This document shows, piece after piece, positions 62,958-64,000 of a DNA stretch of 64,000 nt. Position numbers and translations under genes: made by a program. Below the pieces are notes generated by a model. That model had not been told where the DNA came from and did no database searches. It saw nothing but the letters and a program-made list of their open reading frames with translations. This stretch comes from an uncultured Gemmatimonadales bacterium (GTDB lineage Bacteria; Gemmatimonadota; Gemmatimonadetes; Longimicrobiales; Gaopeijiaceae). The stretch is from the NCBI GenBank assembly GCA_963823035.1, contig CAWGKG010000010.1, forward strand, positions 32,001 through 96,000, written 5' to 3'. Position 1 is the stretch's first letter; each line of letters starts with the position of its first letter.

Positions 62958-64000
62958 ATGGTGGTATCGTGCGCATCGGGCGCGGACGCGGGGATCCGTC
63001 GGGCGACCGTGGTCCATCGCCTGCTGGTGGTCGGCCTGCTCGCTGGGGCGCTGGCCTGCGGGGAGGGCGGCCCCGCCGATCCGGGCGGCGCCGAGGACGC
63101 GCTGTCCCCGGCCGCGGCCACCTACCTGAACGCGGCGCTCGACGTCATGGAGGGCCACTCGATCAAGCGGTACGAGGTCGACTGGTCGGCCCTGCGCGAC
63201 TACGCCTTCCGCACGGCGCGCGGCGCCGTCACCGAAGAGGACACGTACGGCGCCATCCAGAGCGTGCTGGCCGCCCTCGGCGACGGCCATTCGTTCTTCG
63301 TCCCGGCCGGGTCCGCGACGGGAGGTACCACGAGCGGCAACGCGGAGCCTACGGCCAGGCTCGTGGAAGCCTTGCCGGGAACGGAAGGGCGGTTCGGCTA
63401 CGTCTCGGTGCCCGCGTTCTCGGGAGCGGGCGACGCGGCCGACGCCCTCGCCACCACCTACCACCGCATCATCGAGGGCGTGGATACGCTGGGCGTGTGC
63501 GGGTGGATCGTAGATCTGAGGGGCAACGCCGGAGGCAACATGTGGCCGATGGTTGCCGGGCTCGGGCCGATCCTCGGAGAGGGTGTCCTGGGGTACTTCG
63601 TGGACCCGGACTCCGTCGTGAGGACGTGGCGCTACGCGGACGGCGGTGCGGCGCTCGACGGCGCCGTGCTGGCGAAAGCGGACGACCCGTACGCTCCGGT
63701 GGCGCCCGAGCCGCCGGTGGCGGTGCTCGCCGACCAGTGGACGGCCAGCTCGGGGGAAGCCGCCTTCATCGCCTTCAAGGGGCGCCCAGAGAGCTTCAGC
63801 TCGGGCGTGCGGACGTACGGCGTCTCCACGGCCAACCAGGGATTCCCTCTCAGCGACGGCGCCGTCCTCGTGCTCAGCGTCTCGACGATGGCGGACCGAA
63901 CGGGCCGGCTGTACGGCGGTAGCGTACCGGTCGACGAGCAGATCGGGGGTCCGCGAAGCCTGGACCCCGCCACGGACAGCCCCCTCCGCCTCGCCATGGC
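62958..64000 (+). CDS. S41-family peptidase lipoprotein, 3'-truncated by the window edge (absent from the ORF track)
   Basis: Own translation: ALAC lipobox, LGDGHS, GYVSVP, DLRGNAGGNMWPM, TASSGEA. Confidence 0.88.
   Translation, partial: MVVSCASGADAGIRRATVVHRLLVVGLLAGALACGEGGPADPGGAEDALSPAAATYLNAALDVMEGHSIKRYEVDWSALRDYAFRTARGAVTEEDTYGAIQSVLAALGDGHSFFVPAGSATGGTTSGNAEPTARLVEALPGTEGRFGYVSVPAFSGAGDAADALATTYHRIIEGVDTLGVCGWIVDLRGNAGGNMWPMVAGLGPILGEGVLGYFVDPDSVVRTWRYADGGAALDGAVLAKADDPYAPVAPEPPVAVLADQWTASSGEAAFIAFKGRPESFSSGVRTYGVSTANQGFPLSDGAVLVLSVSTMADRTGRLYGGSVPVDEQIGGPRSLDPATDSPLRLAM

Overview
High-GC bacterial DNA (about 70% by eye). Gene content (ADOP permease plus PadR, many secreted peptidases, a Sec/lipoprotein NosZ) suggests Gemmatimonadota or a similar lineage; this is inference. 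Many genes carry single-base frameshifts, typical of an imperfectly polished long-read assembly, so several genes below are reconstructed across reading frames. Four blocks stand out. (1) 8.0-14.8 kb: a sigma-54-driven, non-classical chaperone/usher-like pilus locus with DUF4402-like subunits. It contains a ~958-bp direct repeat that ends exactly at a predicted signal-peptide cleavage site, so two different subunits share one leader. (2) 17.2-23.6 kb and 32.2-37.1 kb: two convergent clusters of kinase, stand-alone receivers, CBS protein and SLC13/DASS transporter, one with a receiver fused to the transporter. (3) 24.5-30.7 kb, between those clusters: a clade II nitrous oxide reductase operon (cytochrome c, nosZ, nosD, nosF, nosY, nosB-like). 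(4) 45.8-56 kb: an Hmc/Tmc-like membrane redox complex of the sulfate-reducer type, with a probable NrfD-hexahaem cytochrome fusion, Cys-rich PAS sensors and NifX-like, DUF134 and CGGC accessory genes. The rest is ordinary transport, peptidase and metal-resistance content. I recognised no rRNA, tRNA, CRISPR array, transposase or integrase. All family assignments are by motif recognition, not database search.
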